64,000 bases of DNA from a virus. Of this stretch, positions 56,199-64,000 are shown piece by piece. The notes beneath the pieces were generated by a model. That model was given only the letters and a program-made list of their open reading frames with translations. It was not told where the DNA came from and searched no databases. A program made the translations under genes and the position numbers. The first letter of the stretch is position 1. Every line of letters starts with the position of its first letter. The stretch is taken from positions 75,855-139,854 of the IMG/VR virus record IMGVR_UViG_3300044971_002537; one strand, written 5' to 3'.

Positions 56199-56875
56199 TT
56201 TTTGTCCTCTAGTATCTTCTTGGCCACTGCAGAAAACCCTAGATCATGAACGATCTGAGAAAGTCTGTCAAAATTTGTATGACCAGCAAAAATGCTGGTC
56301 TTGGACATAGTATGCTTAAATTTTTTGCCCTTAATCCCCTTGATCGCTTCAGATATGAACTCTTCTTTTGTCGAAAACTTCAGGGGGTTCCCATCTCCGG
56401 CGATTATGTCCAGCTCTCTATATCCAATATCTGATCTAGGAATCGGCGAGACTTTAGCCGTCTTATAGATGGACCAACACTCGCCAATCTGGATAGAGCC
56501 AGAATAGCACGGTAAAAGAGAAGCTGACCCAAAGAAGTTCCTCACATTGTATCCGAGTCGATATAGGTCCAACAATGAAGAGTCCATATCGGATATTGGA
56601 CCGATGTATGAGATATCAGACTCATATTTTGGCGTATTGTGTGGCTCAGTATATGATATTAGATTGATGAACGGGCGGATAGAGCCAATTTTGCTGAGGT
56701 CATATGCTCCGGGCGTCTTTTCTGGCTCATCAGTGAATACCAAGTCTGCACCGAAATCAGAAACTGATTGGCCATCGTACTTGGCCATGAATCCGACTTC
56801 CATAAGACTCTTTAGTGGAGCCATCAGGGTATGAATTCTAAAGTCATTTTTAGATGTTATCACTAGCGTTTTCAT
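56186..56875 (-). CDS. Hypothetical protein, possibly divergent CgeB-like GT-B C-terminal domain
   Basis: YESDISYIG, IY..AKV, R.LDIIA.DG and I...HT.FDRL..I resemble Glyco_trans_1_2/CgeB motifs. Confidence 0.45.
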   Translation of the reverse strand: MKTLVITSKNDFRIHTLMAPLKSLMEVGFMAKYDGQSVSDFGADLVFTDEPEKTPGAYDLSKIGSIRPFINLISYTEPHNTPKYESDISYIGPISDMDSSLLDLYRLGYNVRNFFGSASLLPCYSGSIQIGECWSIYKTAKVSPIPRSDIGYRELDIIAGDGNPLKFSTKEEFISEAIKGIKGKKFKHTMSKTSIFAGHTNFDRLSQIVHDLGFSAVAKKILEDKKCLV

Positions 56876-57497
56876 AGTCTTTATTTATCTCCAATGTTTT
56901 AACACCATCATAGACAATAGACATCGTAATCTCTTTTAAGAGCATATTGATGTACTCAAAAGTCATCTTGTTGTTTCTGAACGAGTTTATCGTCCTCTTA
57001 GCGATCTGAAAGTCCTTTTTGCAGATATAGGCTATTTGGCCCCACTTCTCTGGAAGGCCATAGGACAAATGGATAACCATTCCATCTGAATATGCGACTC
57101 CGACACTTTTCTTGTCATCATTTGACGACAGCACCAGAGATGACCTATTCGAGCAACACAGACTCGCCTCATTGAAAATCATGTCTCCATGAATGATATA
57201 GACTGCGTCATGCCTTATTGCATTTAGGGCTAGCCTGAGACTCTCGGTCTGGCTAGTTAGCTTGTAGTTATAGTTGAATAGAACACGAATGTCATACTCT
57301 CTTTTACTGATGTGTTTGACGATCCTGTCATGACCAACCCCAGTTACGACAAGAATGTCTGCCTTCTTGTCAAACCTCTGTATAGTTTTGACCTGATGGT
57401 CTAGCACAGTAAGTCCATTATACTCTAATAGGGCTTTAGCCCCTCTAGTCTGCATAGACCTTCCTGCCCCAGCAGAAAGCAATATATAGGTGCTCAT
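56850..57497 (-). CDS. Nucleotidyltransferase (LicC/MobA-like NTP transferase fold)
   Basis: ILLSAGAGRSM...GAKALL...TVLDHQ, VVTG, N..Y..T....SL.LA, IIHGD and EIN motifs. Confidence 0.8.
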   Translation of the reverse strand: MSTYILLSAGAGRSMQTRGAKALLEYNGLTVLDHQVKTIQRFDKKADILVVTGVGHDRIVKHISKREYDIRVLFNYNYKLTSQTESLRLALNAIRHDAVYIIHGDMIFNEASLCCSNRSSLVLSSNDDKKSVGVAYSDGMVIHLSYGLPEKWGQIAYICKKDFQIAKRTINSFRNNKMTFEYINMLLKEITMSIVYDGVKTLEINKDYENASDNI

Positions 57498-57862
57498 ATT
57501 ACAATCTTAAACATTGGGCGAGGAATATAGGAAATGGTATTATTCTTACAGATCTCCTCTAGCGGGTTTTTGGTTTTACATTCCACCAGCAGAGATGTCT
57601 TATAAATCATTCCGGGATAAGTTGTCCTTATTGACGGGAACATGCTGTGCAGAGAGTAAGTACCATACTGGTCGAAATAGTCGCCATAATAGGCGGCTGC
57701 ATCTTTGAGCCAAGGTCTTGGGTCTTCTGCTAATTCTCCCAGAGTTATGTCTATCGCATAGTCGCCCTGTAGCTCGCTATACTCTTTGAGAATAACGACC
57801 TCGTCGACAAATGGACTAGTCTTAGGAGCTTTGTCCCGAAATGTATAGCCGATAATCTTCAT
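57494..57862 (-). CDS. Hypothetical protein, possibly a degenerate GT-A fragment
   Basis: YYGDY and YIPRP.F resemble GT2 strands; start at MKIIG (57862) preferred. Confidence 0.4.
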   Translation of the reverse strand: MKIIGYTFRDKAPKTSPFVDEVVILKEYSELQGDYAIDITLGELAEDPRPWLKDAAAYYGDYFDQYGTYSLHSMFPSIRTTYPGMIYKTSLLVECKTKNPLEEICKNNTISYIPRPMFKIVI

Positions 57863-58535
57863 AGATTTCTTTCCAGTCTTTTGTAGCCCCATTTATTTCG
57901 AGCAATGTCTCGTGGATATTTCCCATTTGTCCTTTGAGTAATTTATAGGCAACGGCCATATAACTAATAATTCCGGTAGTCGCTAAATGCTTACTCATTT
58001 TGTAGTTCACAGAGTAGTTTAGAGCATTCAGCATATCTTTATCTACTCTATCGCCAGATTTGATGAAAAAGATCCAGCCATTTTTCGATCTCTTAAACGC
58101 TTCATCGCATCCAGAGCCGCTATATAGAGATTCAACCAACATGATACAGGAGAATCTTTGTGGGCCAAATTTCTTAGACCATTTGTCGTAACCCTCAAGC
58201 AAATTTTTGGTTGTATGACATACTATAACCCTCGGAGGCTTGGGAGTGTCAAGATTATAGATATCTTCTAGGGTTTGGTCCAGATCGTCACCTTCATCAT
58301 GCATTACCACAATGTTAGATTTGATATAGACATCTTTTTCGATATCCTCGGTTGGCTCAGACCTTCGCCACATACAGATGCGATCCACCTTGTAGAAGGT
58401 AGACTCTTCGTCTTGGTATCTAGATAGTTCTTCTCCGGCATCTCTGAATCTCTCAAGAATAAGTAGTTTGCATCCAGTCTGAACCTTACCATGCATTTCT
58501 TTAAAGACACAATCTTTACAAGTTGTACTAATCAT
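57822..58535 (-). CDS. Hypothetical protein with N-terminal four-Cys motif and GT-A-like C-terminus
   Basis: TTCKDCVF...QTGC...RIC; later LDQTL..I, VIV and NGWIFFIKSGD resemble a GT2 core. Confidence 0.45.
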   Translation of the reverse strand: MISTTCKDCVFKEMHGKVQTGCKLLILERFRDAGEELSRYQDEESTFYKVDRICMWRRSEPTEDIEKDVYIKSNIVVMHDEGDDLDQTLEDIYNLDTPKPPRVIVCHTTKNLLEGYDKWSKKFGPQRFSCIMLVESLYSGSGCDEAFKRSKNGWIFFIKSGDRVDKDMLNALNYSVNYKMSKHLATTGIISYMAVAYKLLKGQMGNIHETLLEINGATKDWKEIYEDYRLYISGQSS

Positions 58536-60180
58536 TGAGCCAGTCCTCCGATTGTAGTTTCCTCTTGCCACATCTCACGCTTTCCCAGAAATTGAATGTC
58601 TCAGCCTTGCCCTTGAACATTTTGATAACGTGGTCTCTGCTGAAATCTACAAAAGGAACCCTATTAAAGTAAGAGTTCTCCGAATAGAAGAAACCACATG
58701 GGTTGGGTTTATAGGATTTGAAGTTCAGATCCCTAAGTAGGCAGTTAGCCTCATATGAGTTAATCAGATTAGAATGGGGCAAATAGGAAGAAATAGCCCA
58801 GTCAAGAAAATCCTTATTGTTGGTGAAATTCGGGATTTTGTCATCCGGGATCTTGATTTGTCTAAATGGTTTATCCCAAGCCCCCTTTGGAGACTGGTCG
58901 AGTGAAACCATCCACTTTCCGACTACTTCGTCCCAATTGAAGTTGCGAGAGTACTCAGACAAAGTCTTCTCAGATATCGCCGCCCTATCACTCTCCGGTA
59001 AAGAGAAAAACATCTTCCAATAGGAGACAACCTCGTCTATCTCTGGAATTGCTCGATAGCACCCAGTTTCAAGCTCTAGGACTTTTGCCCTGAGTGGAAT
59101 TGGGAATCCGCCAATTTTACGGACGATGGATTCCATTGCGGAATAGTCAGTAGACATAACTGGTACTCCACAAGCAGCCGCCTCAAGCTGGCCTATGCCC
59201 ATTCCCTCTGAGTTTGAATATTGGATGTATAAGTCAAACAGGTTATAGATTTTGGCCAACTCAGCGGTCGTAGCACCATTACTTACACTAGATAGCTTTG
59301 CTGCATACTTTTTGCAGCCCTTGCATTGCTTGATCGTATCGCTAAATTTGCTGATTGATAATTTGCCGCATTCTTCGCAGGCATAGCTGAATAGGACCCG
59401 AGATGATATACCGTACTTCATCATCAATTGTGGAAGGTCCCAACCATTGTCTGGGTATGACGTATGGCAATAGAGATAAGTCTTTTCATCTCCGGTAGTG
59501 GCTAGATAAAGAGCGAAGGCCTCTAGGAGTTCGGGGAAGAGCTTTCTTCGCTGATTCCTCATGACGGTCCCAATAATTTTCCAATCGGGATCTAGACCCA
59601 TAGAGAGCCTATGTGCCGCCTTGTTAGGGACTGGCTTGAACTCGTCAGCAGCACACATCGTCACAGAACCAACTAGGTTTACTGAATCGCCAGCCTGCTC
59701 CTTGATGACCCCCTCGGCCCACTCTGAGAGAGTGTAGAAGTAGTCAGCATCGGCAAATTGATTAATCCATTCTGGATTCTGCGGGGCTGAGTCCACCGTA
59801 CTGGCCCAAGACCAAGAGAAGAATGGTCTAAATGGCGAATGCTTCACCCAAGAATCCATCCATGGATCTTTCTGCATAATTAGGCAGTCTGGCTTAAAAT
59901 CTAGGCAGGCCCTCTCGAATCTCCATGCCCCAAATTGGTTGGCCGGATTAGAGGCATATATCTGCTTTACCTCGTCAGAATCGCCCTTAGAGGGAGCCAT
60001 TGGGTAGTTCTTCCAAGGAATTTCCCTACGTCTTTCGTCATCGGCAGATCCGTAGCAGGAGATCTCGGCTACTTCATACTTGCCGGTAGCGATAAGCCGC
60101 CTAATAAGCTCACGACCGTAAGAAGCGTACCCAGTATTCAGATAAGAAGCTTCAGATCCAACTAGCACTCTTTTGAGCAT
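58528..60180 (-). CDS. GT-B (GT4-like) glycosyltransferase with zinc-ribbon insertion
   Basis: TGYA, IIGTVMRNQRRK, LAKIYNLFD.YIQ.S.SEGMGIGQLEAAACGVPV..TDYSAM.(E-x7-E), FNWD; insertion CEEC-x14-CKGC. Confidence 0.9.
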   Translation of the reverse strand: MLKRVLVGSEASYLNTGYASYGRELIRRLIATGKYEVAEISCYGSADDERRREIPWKNYPMAPSKGDSDEVKQIYASNPANQFGAWRFERACLDFKPDCLIMQKDPWMDSWVKHSPFRPFFSWSWASTVDSAPQNPEWINQFADADYFYTLSEWAEGVIKEQAGDSVNLVGSVTMCAADEFKPVPNKAAHRLSMGLDPDWKIIGTVMRNQRRKLFPELLEAFALYLATTGDEKTYLYCHTSYPDNGWDLPQLMMKYGISSRVLFSYACEECGKLSISKFSDTIKQCKGCKKYAAKLSSVSNGATTAELAKIYNLFDLYIQYSNSEGMGIGQLEAAACGVPVMSTDYSAMESIVRKIGGFPIPLRAKVLELETGCYRAIPEIDEVVSYWKMFFSLPESDRAAISEKTLSEYSRNFNWDEVVGKWMVSLDQSPKGAWDKPFRQIKIPDDKIPNFTNNKDFLDWAISSYLPHSNLINSYEANCLLRDLNFKSYKPNPCGFFYSENSYFNRVPFVDFSRDHVIKMFKGKAETFNFWESVRCGKRKLQSEDWLND

Positions 60181-60602
60181 ATTAACTCCCCAACCTTGAT
60201 TAGCCGATTTTTTACTTCTTTCAGTGGTAGCTGTAGTCGTCTAGCCACTTCTCTTTTACTGTGGCCTTCTGAGAGCATCCTGACCATCTCTGCATCTTCG
60301 GGGCAGAGATCAGGTAGAGATTCCCAGAGCTGAAGCTCATCGCTTGAGCCAATCCCACTTGGGAGGATTGTATTGGTAAAAGCTTTGTTATGCTTTTTGA
60401 TAAATTTGACCATATCTCTTCGAACGCAGAGAGTAAAGAATGTACTCCTCTGCGACCTGACTGGGTCAAACTTTTTTTCAAGCCTTATAGCCGATTGCAG
60501 ACCTATCTGGAAGAGGTCTTTAAAGTCATATAGGTGGGTCTTCCTATAGAGAGAGTGTGCAAGATCGGCTATAAGGGCTTCATATTTTTCGAGGATATCC
60601 AT
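60162..60602 (-). CDS. Phage sigma-70 family (ECF-like) sigma factor
   Basis: Region 2 DLFQIG....I....KFDP.R...STF...VR; region 4 L......V.M..EG.S.REVA.RL......VKNRL. Start at MDILE (60602) preferred. Confidence 0.85.
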   Translation of the reverse strand: MDILEKYEALIADLAHSLYRKTHLYDFKDLFQIGLQSAIRLEKKFDPVRSQRSTFFTLCVRRDMVKFIKKHNKAFTNTILPSGIGSSDELQLWESLPDLCPEDAEMVRMLSEGHSKREVARRLQLPLKEVKNRLIKVGELICSKEC

Positions 60603-60619
60603 AGAGACTCCGTCTGGTA

Positions 60620-61273
60620 CTAGAGGGCGAAACAATTTTCGAACTTGACAGTACCTACGGCTTTGCGGATTAGTCGCATTGATTTAATGAGGACTTCCGC
60701 TGTCATGATTACGTCCCCGAGAGCGTCGTGGGATTCTCCCTTGTCTTTCCATCCCATGTGCTTTCTAATGAGTGAGTCGGCGGATAGGCGGGTTACGTTC
60801 TTATCATTTTCGAAGAACATCCACATTAATTGGAGTACGTCGATTGAGATAGATGGGTGGAATGGGCTAGATAGTCCAGTTCTTGCCAAATCTCTTTTCA
60901 GGATTGGGGTATCATACCCATTGATATTGTAGCCAGCGGGGATTGGACTTTTCCACTTAGTCTTCCCGTAGTTATGAGTGTTCACATAGGAAACAAAGTT
61001 AGATAGCCCAGTTTCTAGGGTTACGCCCTTCTCTGCTAATAAAGCGTGGCCCTTTTTGTGGATATTAATAGCTCCGTCAGTCAATTCTTGCAGACCTGCT
61101 TTAGCACACTCTTCTCCATACAAAGGCTTAATAAGGACGTCAAATTCGCTGCCTTCAATAATCTCAAGTCTTCTGGCGTCGACGCAGATAGCACCGATCT
61201 GTACAATTTGTGCCGTGCTGGTGTCCACACCAGTCGTTTCAAGGTCATGGACGATTATATTCTCGTAGTTCAT
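60620..61273 (-). CDS. DEDDh 3'-5' exonuclease (DnaQ-like)
   Basis: HDLETTG, AGYNI.GYD..IL, ID and HDALGD motifs. Confidence 0.92.
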   Translation of the reverse strand: MNYENIIVHDLETTGVDTSTAQIVQIGAICVDARRLEIIEGSEFDVLIKPLYGEECAKAGLQELTDGAINIHKKGHALLAEKGVTLETGLSNFVSYVNTHNYGKTKWKSPIPAGYNINGYDTPILKRDLARTGLSSPFHPSISIDVLQLMWMFFENDKNVTRLSADSLIRKHMGWKDKGESHDALGDVIMTAEVLIKSMRLIRKAVGTVKFENCFAL

Positions 61274-61614
61274 TTGAATCCTTTATTGAAATTTGGTCCG
61301 TATACCTTATGATCTTGCGAAGGATCGAATGCTGATGTCAGAATATGAAGCTGTTCGCTATTTATTACCCCGTCTCCATATGCTCGACAAAGTATTCTAG
61401 AAATTCTTTTATTCCAAATCTTATGGCTTTCTTCGAGGACTTTTTCTTCATTGAGCGTGGGGTCGCGATCCTCGCAAGGTTCCAAAATAGAATTCCATGC
61501 TTCATCATTGCATTTTTTAATGTATATGTCGGCGAAATACTCCGAACATCTTTTGATCCCACATTGATCGTCGTTAATCTTTTGGCTCAAGTTGTACCTC
61601 GTTTCTTCCGCCAC
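61270..61614 (-). CDS. Hypothetical protein
   Basis: Fills the gap in the operon; ATGA overlap with the exonuclease. Confidence 0.5.
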   Translation of the reverse strand: MAEETRYNLSQKINDDQCGIKRCSEYFADIYIKKCNDEAWNSILEPCEDRDPTLNEEKVLEESHKIWNKRISRILCRAYGDGVINSEQLHILTSAFDPSQDHKVYGPNFNKGFK

Positions 61615-62617
61615 CAGAGTATACCTTCATCCTATTCAAGTCGGCATACTTCTCTGTGACTGCATCTATACCAATTCTCTCAATCTCGCTACGGATAAAG
61701 ATACAGGCTGGCACGTCTGGGGAAATTTCTGGAATGATCTGGGAAAAAGCACACAGTCTTTGGCACTTGAAATGGTTGCAGGTTTTACTGATCACTCTGG
61801 GAAATTTATCGTCCCTGATCGTCTCAAACTGCTCCTTAATCATGCTTTCAGCCTTTTTAAAATCGCTATCATCGAACGCGAAAGTAAAAATACCTCCGGG
61901 TACATCTACTTTATCAATCTTGTAGTCGTTGATGTAATAGATTGAGATGTAGAAGTGTTTGTCCGGATACTTAAGTCGCAAAGCATAGTAATACAGTAAG
62001 AGCTGTTTATCTTCCGCTAGGCAGTCATAGGTCTTAACCTTGTCTGTGGCCCAGTTGTACCTGCGGCCAGTCTTATAGTCCATGATATGGAAGAAGACAT
62101 CATCTTCTTTCACAATCAGGTCAACCGTGCCCTTGAGTCCCAATCGACCCTCAATGACTTCGTCGCCAACCTTGTATGAGTAATTCGCCCACTCGTGAGG
62201 AACCTCTACCTCGAAGAACTCTTCTACAGCGTGGATGTTTTGATTCCTCGGGTCCATTTCCCCATCGAGTCGAGTAACAGCTAGATGAGACCACTCAAGA
62301 GTTAGCTTCTTAGAATTATGTGGCATAATCCCCGGATAAATCTTCTCATAGTAAGCGTGAGAGATCTCGTTGAAATATTCAATATTCCACTTAGAGTGGC
62401 CAATTTTGCCAAACTCTTCATCCTCGAAACTTCGCTTCTTATTCTGCGTAGCTATCCTCTGCTTCCCTAGTAGTTCGAGCACCTTGTGAGTGGTCGAACC
62501 CATAATGGCCTTACCATTGTCCTTATCCTTCATACCTAGAACGTATGTGAATAAGTACTTCTGGGGGCACATAGCATAAGTGCCGATAGAACTAGAGCGT
62601 AGGTAGGTCAAAATCAT
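61574..62617 (-). CDS. PD-(D/E)XK nuclease, Cas4/RecB-like
   Basis: SSI..Y..CP.KY, G...H..LE, KG.VDL, DYKTG, QL.LY and C-terminal C...C...C. Confidence 0.88.
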   Translation of the reverse strand: MILTYLRSSSIGTYAMCPQKYLFTYVLGMKDKDNGKAIMGSTTHKVLELLGKQRIATQNKKRSFEDEEFGKIGHSKWNIEYFNEISHAYYEKIYPGIMPHNSKKLTLEWSHLAVTRLDGEMDPRNQNIHAVEEFFEVEVPHEWANYSYKVGDEVIEGRLGLKGTVDLIVKEDDVFFHIMDYKTGRRYNWATDKVKTYDCLAEDKQLLLYYYALRLKYPDKHFYISIYYINDYKIDKVDVPGGIFTFAFDDSDFKKAESMIKEQFETIRDDKFPRVISKTCNHFKCQRLCAFSQIIPEISPDVPACIFIRSEIERIGIDAVTEKYADLNRMKVYSGGGRNEVQLEPKD

Positions 62618-63441
62618 TATTCAGCCTTTGCTACGAACTCGTTAAGGCCCTTTTGAACCAAGAAGTCTAGCAGTTGCTGATTTGCATCTTTGATGCCAAG
62701 AATCTCGTTATCCAAAACCAAGTCGAAATCTGAGAATTCTTTGAACCCATCTTCAGATGCATGGTTGTCTCTTGTGGGTCGTCGTGTAAGTCGCACAATA
62801 GTGCCGCCCTCATCTTTTACTGCCTGTGCTTCATTATCAAAGCGGCAATCAGCAATAACGGCGACAAGTGGAGAATCCGCTTTGATTTTGTTCATGAGGA
62901 GCTTGACCCAGACTGGCTCGTACATGCGGCGGAAGATGTCGGTGCCGACGAATTGGAGGACTTCACGAGCGGTCATGAAGCCGGGCTTATGTGACTGAAT
63001 ACCTAGCTTCTCTAGGTCCTCAGTCGATAAGGACAAATCTTCGATTTGGGTGGAGCTTGCGACACCCGGCATATTCTCCCACTTCAGCTTAGTCAAGCTA
63101 TTCTTGTAGCTGCCGTAAGCCTGCTCATGGGAAATATCGAACATTGTGATGCAAAGCTCCTTCAACGCATCAGCGAAGTTATACATCTTCACATATGGCC
63201 AAATCCTCTGATCGGCGTACTGAACGTACAAATCGTCCTTTCTGGAAAGGTCTAAGACCCCCATATCCTCCTTGACTTCCCCATCTTTCATGTAATGAGT
63301 ATTAACCTTAAGCTCACCAGCTTTGGTGATCTCATATTCCTTTATGACCTCATTGAGCTTCAAGAGATGCCCATGGAGGAAGTTCGCCGCTGTCGTTTTA
63401 CCAGACTCTTTGCTTCCGGCCATACAAACAATTTGTGTCAT
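62617..63441 (-). CDS. Deoxynucleoside monophosphate kinase
   Basis: AGSKESGKTT P-loop, FADALKE, TAREVLQFVGTD.FR, W and IADCRF.NE motifs. Confidence 0.92.
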   Translation of the reverse strand: MTQIVCMAGSKESGKTTAANFLHGHLLKLNEVIKEYEITKAGELKVNTHYMKDGEVKEDMGVLDLSRKDDLYVQYADQRIWPYVKMYNFADALKELCITMFDISHEQAYGSYKNSLTKLKWENMPGVASSTQIEDLSLSTEDLEKLGIQSHKPGFMTAREVLQFVGTDIFRRMYEPVWVKLLMNKIKADSPLVAVIADCRFDNEAQAVKDEGGTIVRLTRRPTRDNHASEDGFKEFSDFDLVLDNEILGIKDANQQLLDFLVQKGLNEFVAKAE

Positions 63442-63998
63442 AATTTCAACCTTTGAACTTCTTCTACTGACATTTCTCCAACATCGTCGATGTCGGGCAC
63501 AACATGTTTCACGTTGAATAGGCGACTGAGCTTGTTACAATCTTCCCTGCACTTATCTCCAGCTTCATCCCGATCAAAGACAGTGGTCACATTTGTAACC
63601 CCAGTTTTCTGCAGTAGAAGCTCCTGATGATCTGATAGGCGTGACCCGAAAATCCCAACAGCGTTCTTTATCCCGGCCTGATGGAATCTAATCACGTCAC
63701 CTTGGCCCTCTACTAGTATAATCCGGCCCGCTTGGCAAATGGCCTGAAAAGCTAACCATAAACCATATAGGTGGTGAGATTTCTTAAATCCCTTTTGGTT
63801 CTTCCACTTATCTGGAGCACTTATGAGGGTTCGCCCAACACATCCGATAAAGACTTTTCCAGTTGGATCGTAAACTGGAAATACTACTCTACCATGCATC
63901 TCTTTCGTAGGATCATTACATATCCCAACGTCGAAGATGTCAAGAATCTCAGAGGAGAAACCTCTTTTTATGTAGAAGTCTACTGGTCTTATTAGCTT
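63438..63998 (-). CDS. DNA primase, Toprim domain (5' end outside the window)
   Basis: R.VFP.YD..G..IG..GR, KW.N, LYG, ILVEGQGDV and FD.DEAG motifs; frame stays open to the window edge (..FYIKRGFSSEILDIFDVG..). Confidence 0.93.
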   Translation of the reverse strand, partial: KLIRPVDFYIKRGFSSEILDIFDVGICNDPTKEMHGRVVFPVYDPTGKVFIGCVGRTLISAPDKWKNQKGFKKSHHLYGLWLAFQAICQAGRIILVEGQGDVIRFHQAGIKNAVGIFGSRLSDHQELLLQKTGVTNVTTVFDRDEAGDKCREDCNKLSRLFNVKHVVPDIDDVGEMSVEEVQRLKL

Positions 63999-64000
63999 AC

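Noticed and set aside
55761-57862. Calling the short GT-like ORFs pseudogenes
   Set aside because: Frames are intact and overlap neatly; no frameshift or stop joining them into one gene was evident.
1-64000. CRISPR array, tRNA or rRNA genes
   Set aside because: No regularly spaced repeat-spacer pattern or cloverleaf seen; intergenic gaps are short. The Cas4-like nuclease has no cas neighbours.
1-64000. Stop-codon reassignment
   Set aside because: Standard-code ORFs are long and tile the window; TAA, TAG and TGA all end genes at sensible junctions.
1-64000. Specific host assignment or prophage status
   Set aside because: No host genes, integrase or att site in the window; glf alone is too widespread to indicate a host.

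Overview
The window is a 64-kb piece of a large tailed dsDNA phage (Caudoviricetes). No sheath gene is seen and the tape measure is 2090 aa, so it is probably a long-tailed siphovirus. The host cannot be assigned from sequence alone. The + strand (about 1.07-50.9 kb) is the morphogenesis arm: a sigma-like factor, probable small terminase, HNH, TM-PAS protein, ERCC4 nuclease, SPFH protein, large terminase, portal, protease/scaffold, decoration protein, major capsid protein and a Hef-like homing endonuclease. Next come a 12-kb mosaic island of fibre-like genes, neck genes, tail tube, chaperones, tape measure and tail-tip genes, ending in a 1862-aa Cys-rich protein. The - strand (50.9-64 kb) is a replication/modification arm: primase, dNMP kinase, Cas4/RecB-like nuclease, DEDDh exonuclease, a second sigma factor, a GT-B glycosyltransferase, divergent GT-like genes, a nucleotidyltransferase, SSAP, SSB, UDP-galactopyranose mutase, a SAM methyltransferase and a DUF4422/GT111-like transferase. 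GIY-YIG and HNH endonucleases lie on the - strand at the left edge. Best leads: (1) a galactofuranose-transfer module whose transferase shares an identically spaced Cys/His N-terminal motif with the convergent last tail-operon gene, a candidate targeted virion-glycosylation system; (2) nuclease-like and zincin-like cargo domains inside the tape measure, bounded by repeated DTVP..PGEFV motifs; (3) a recurring intergenic CGTATWWAM promoter-like motif alongside two phage sigma factors; (4) apparent window-wide CCWGG avoidance. All assignments are by-eye motif recognition; no database search or computation was run.
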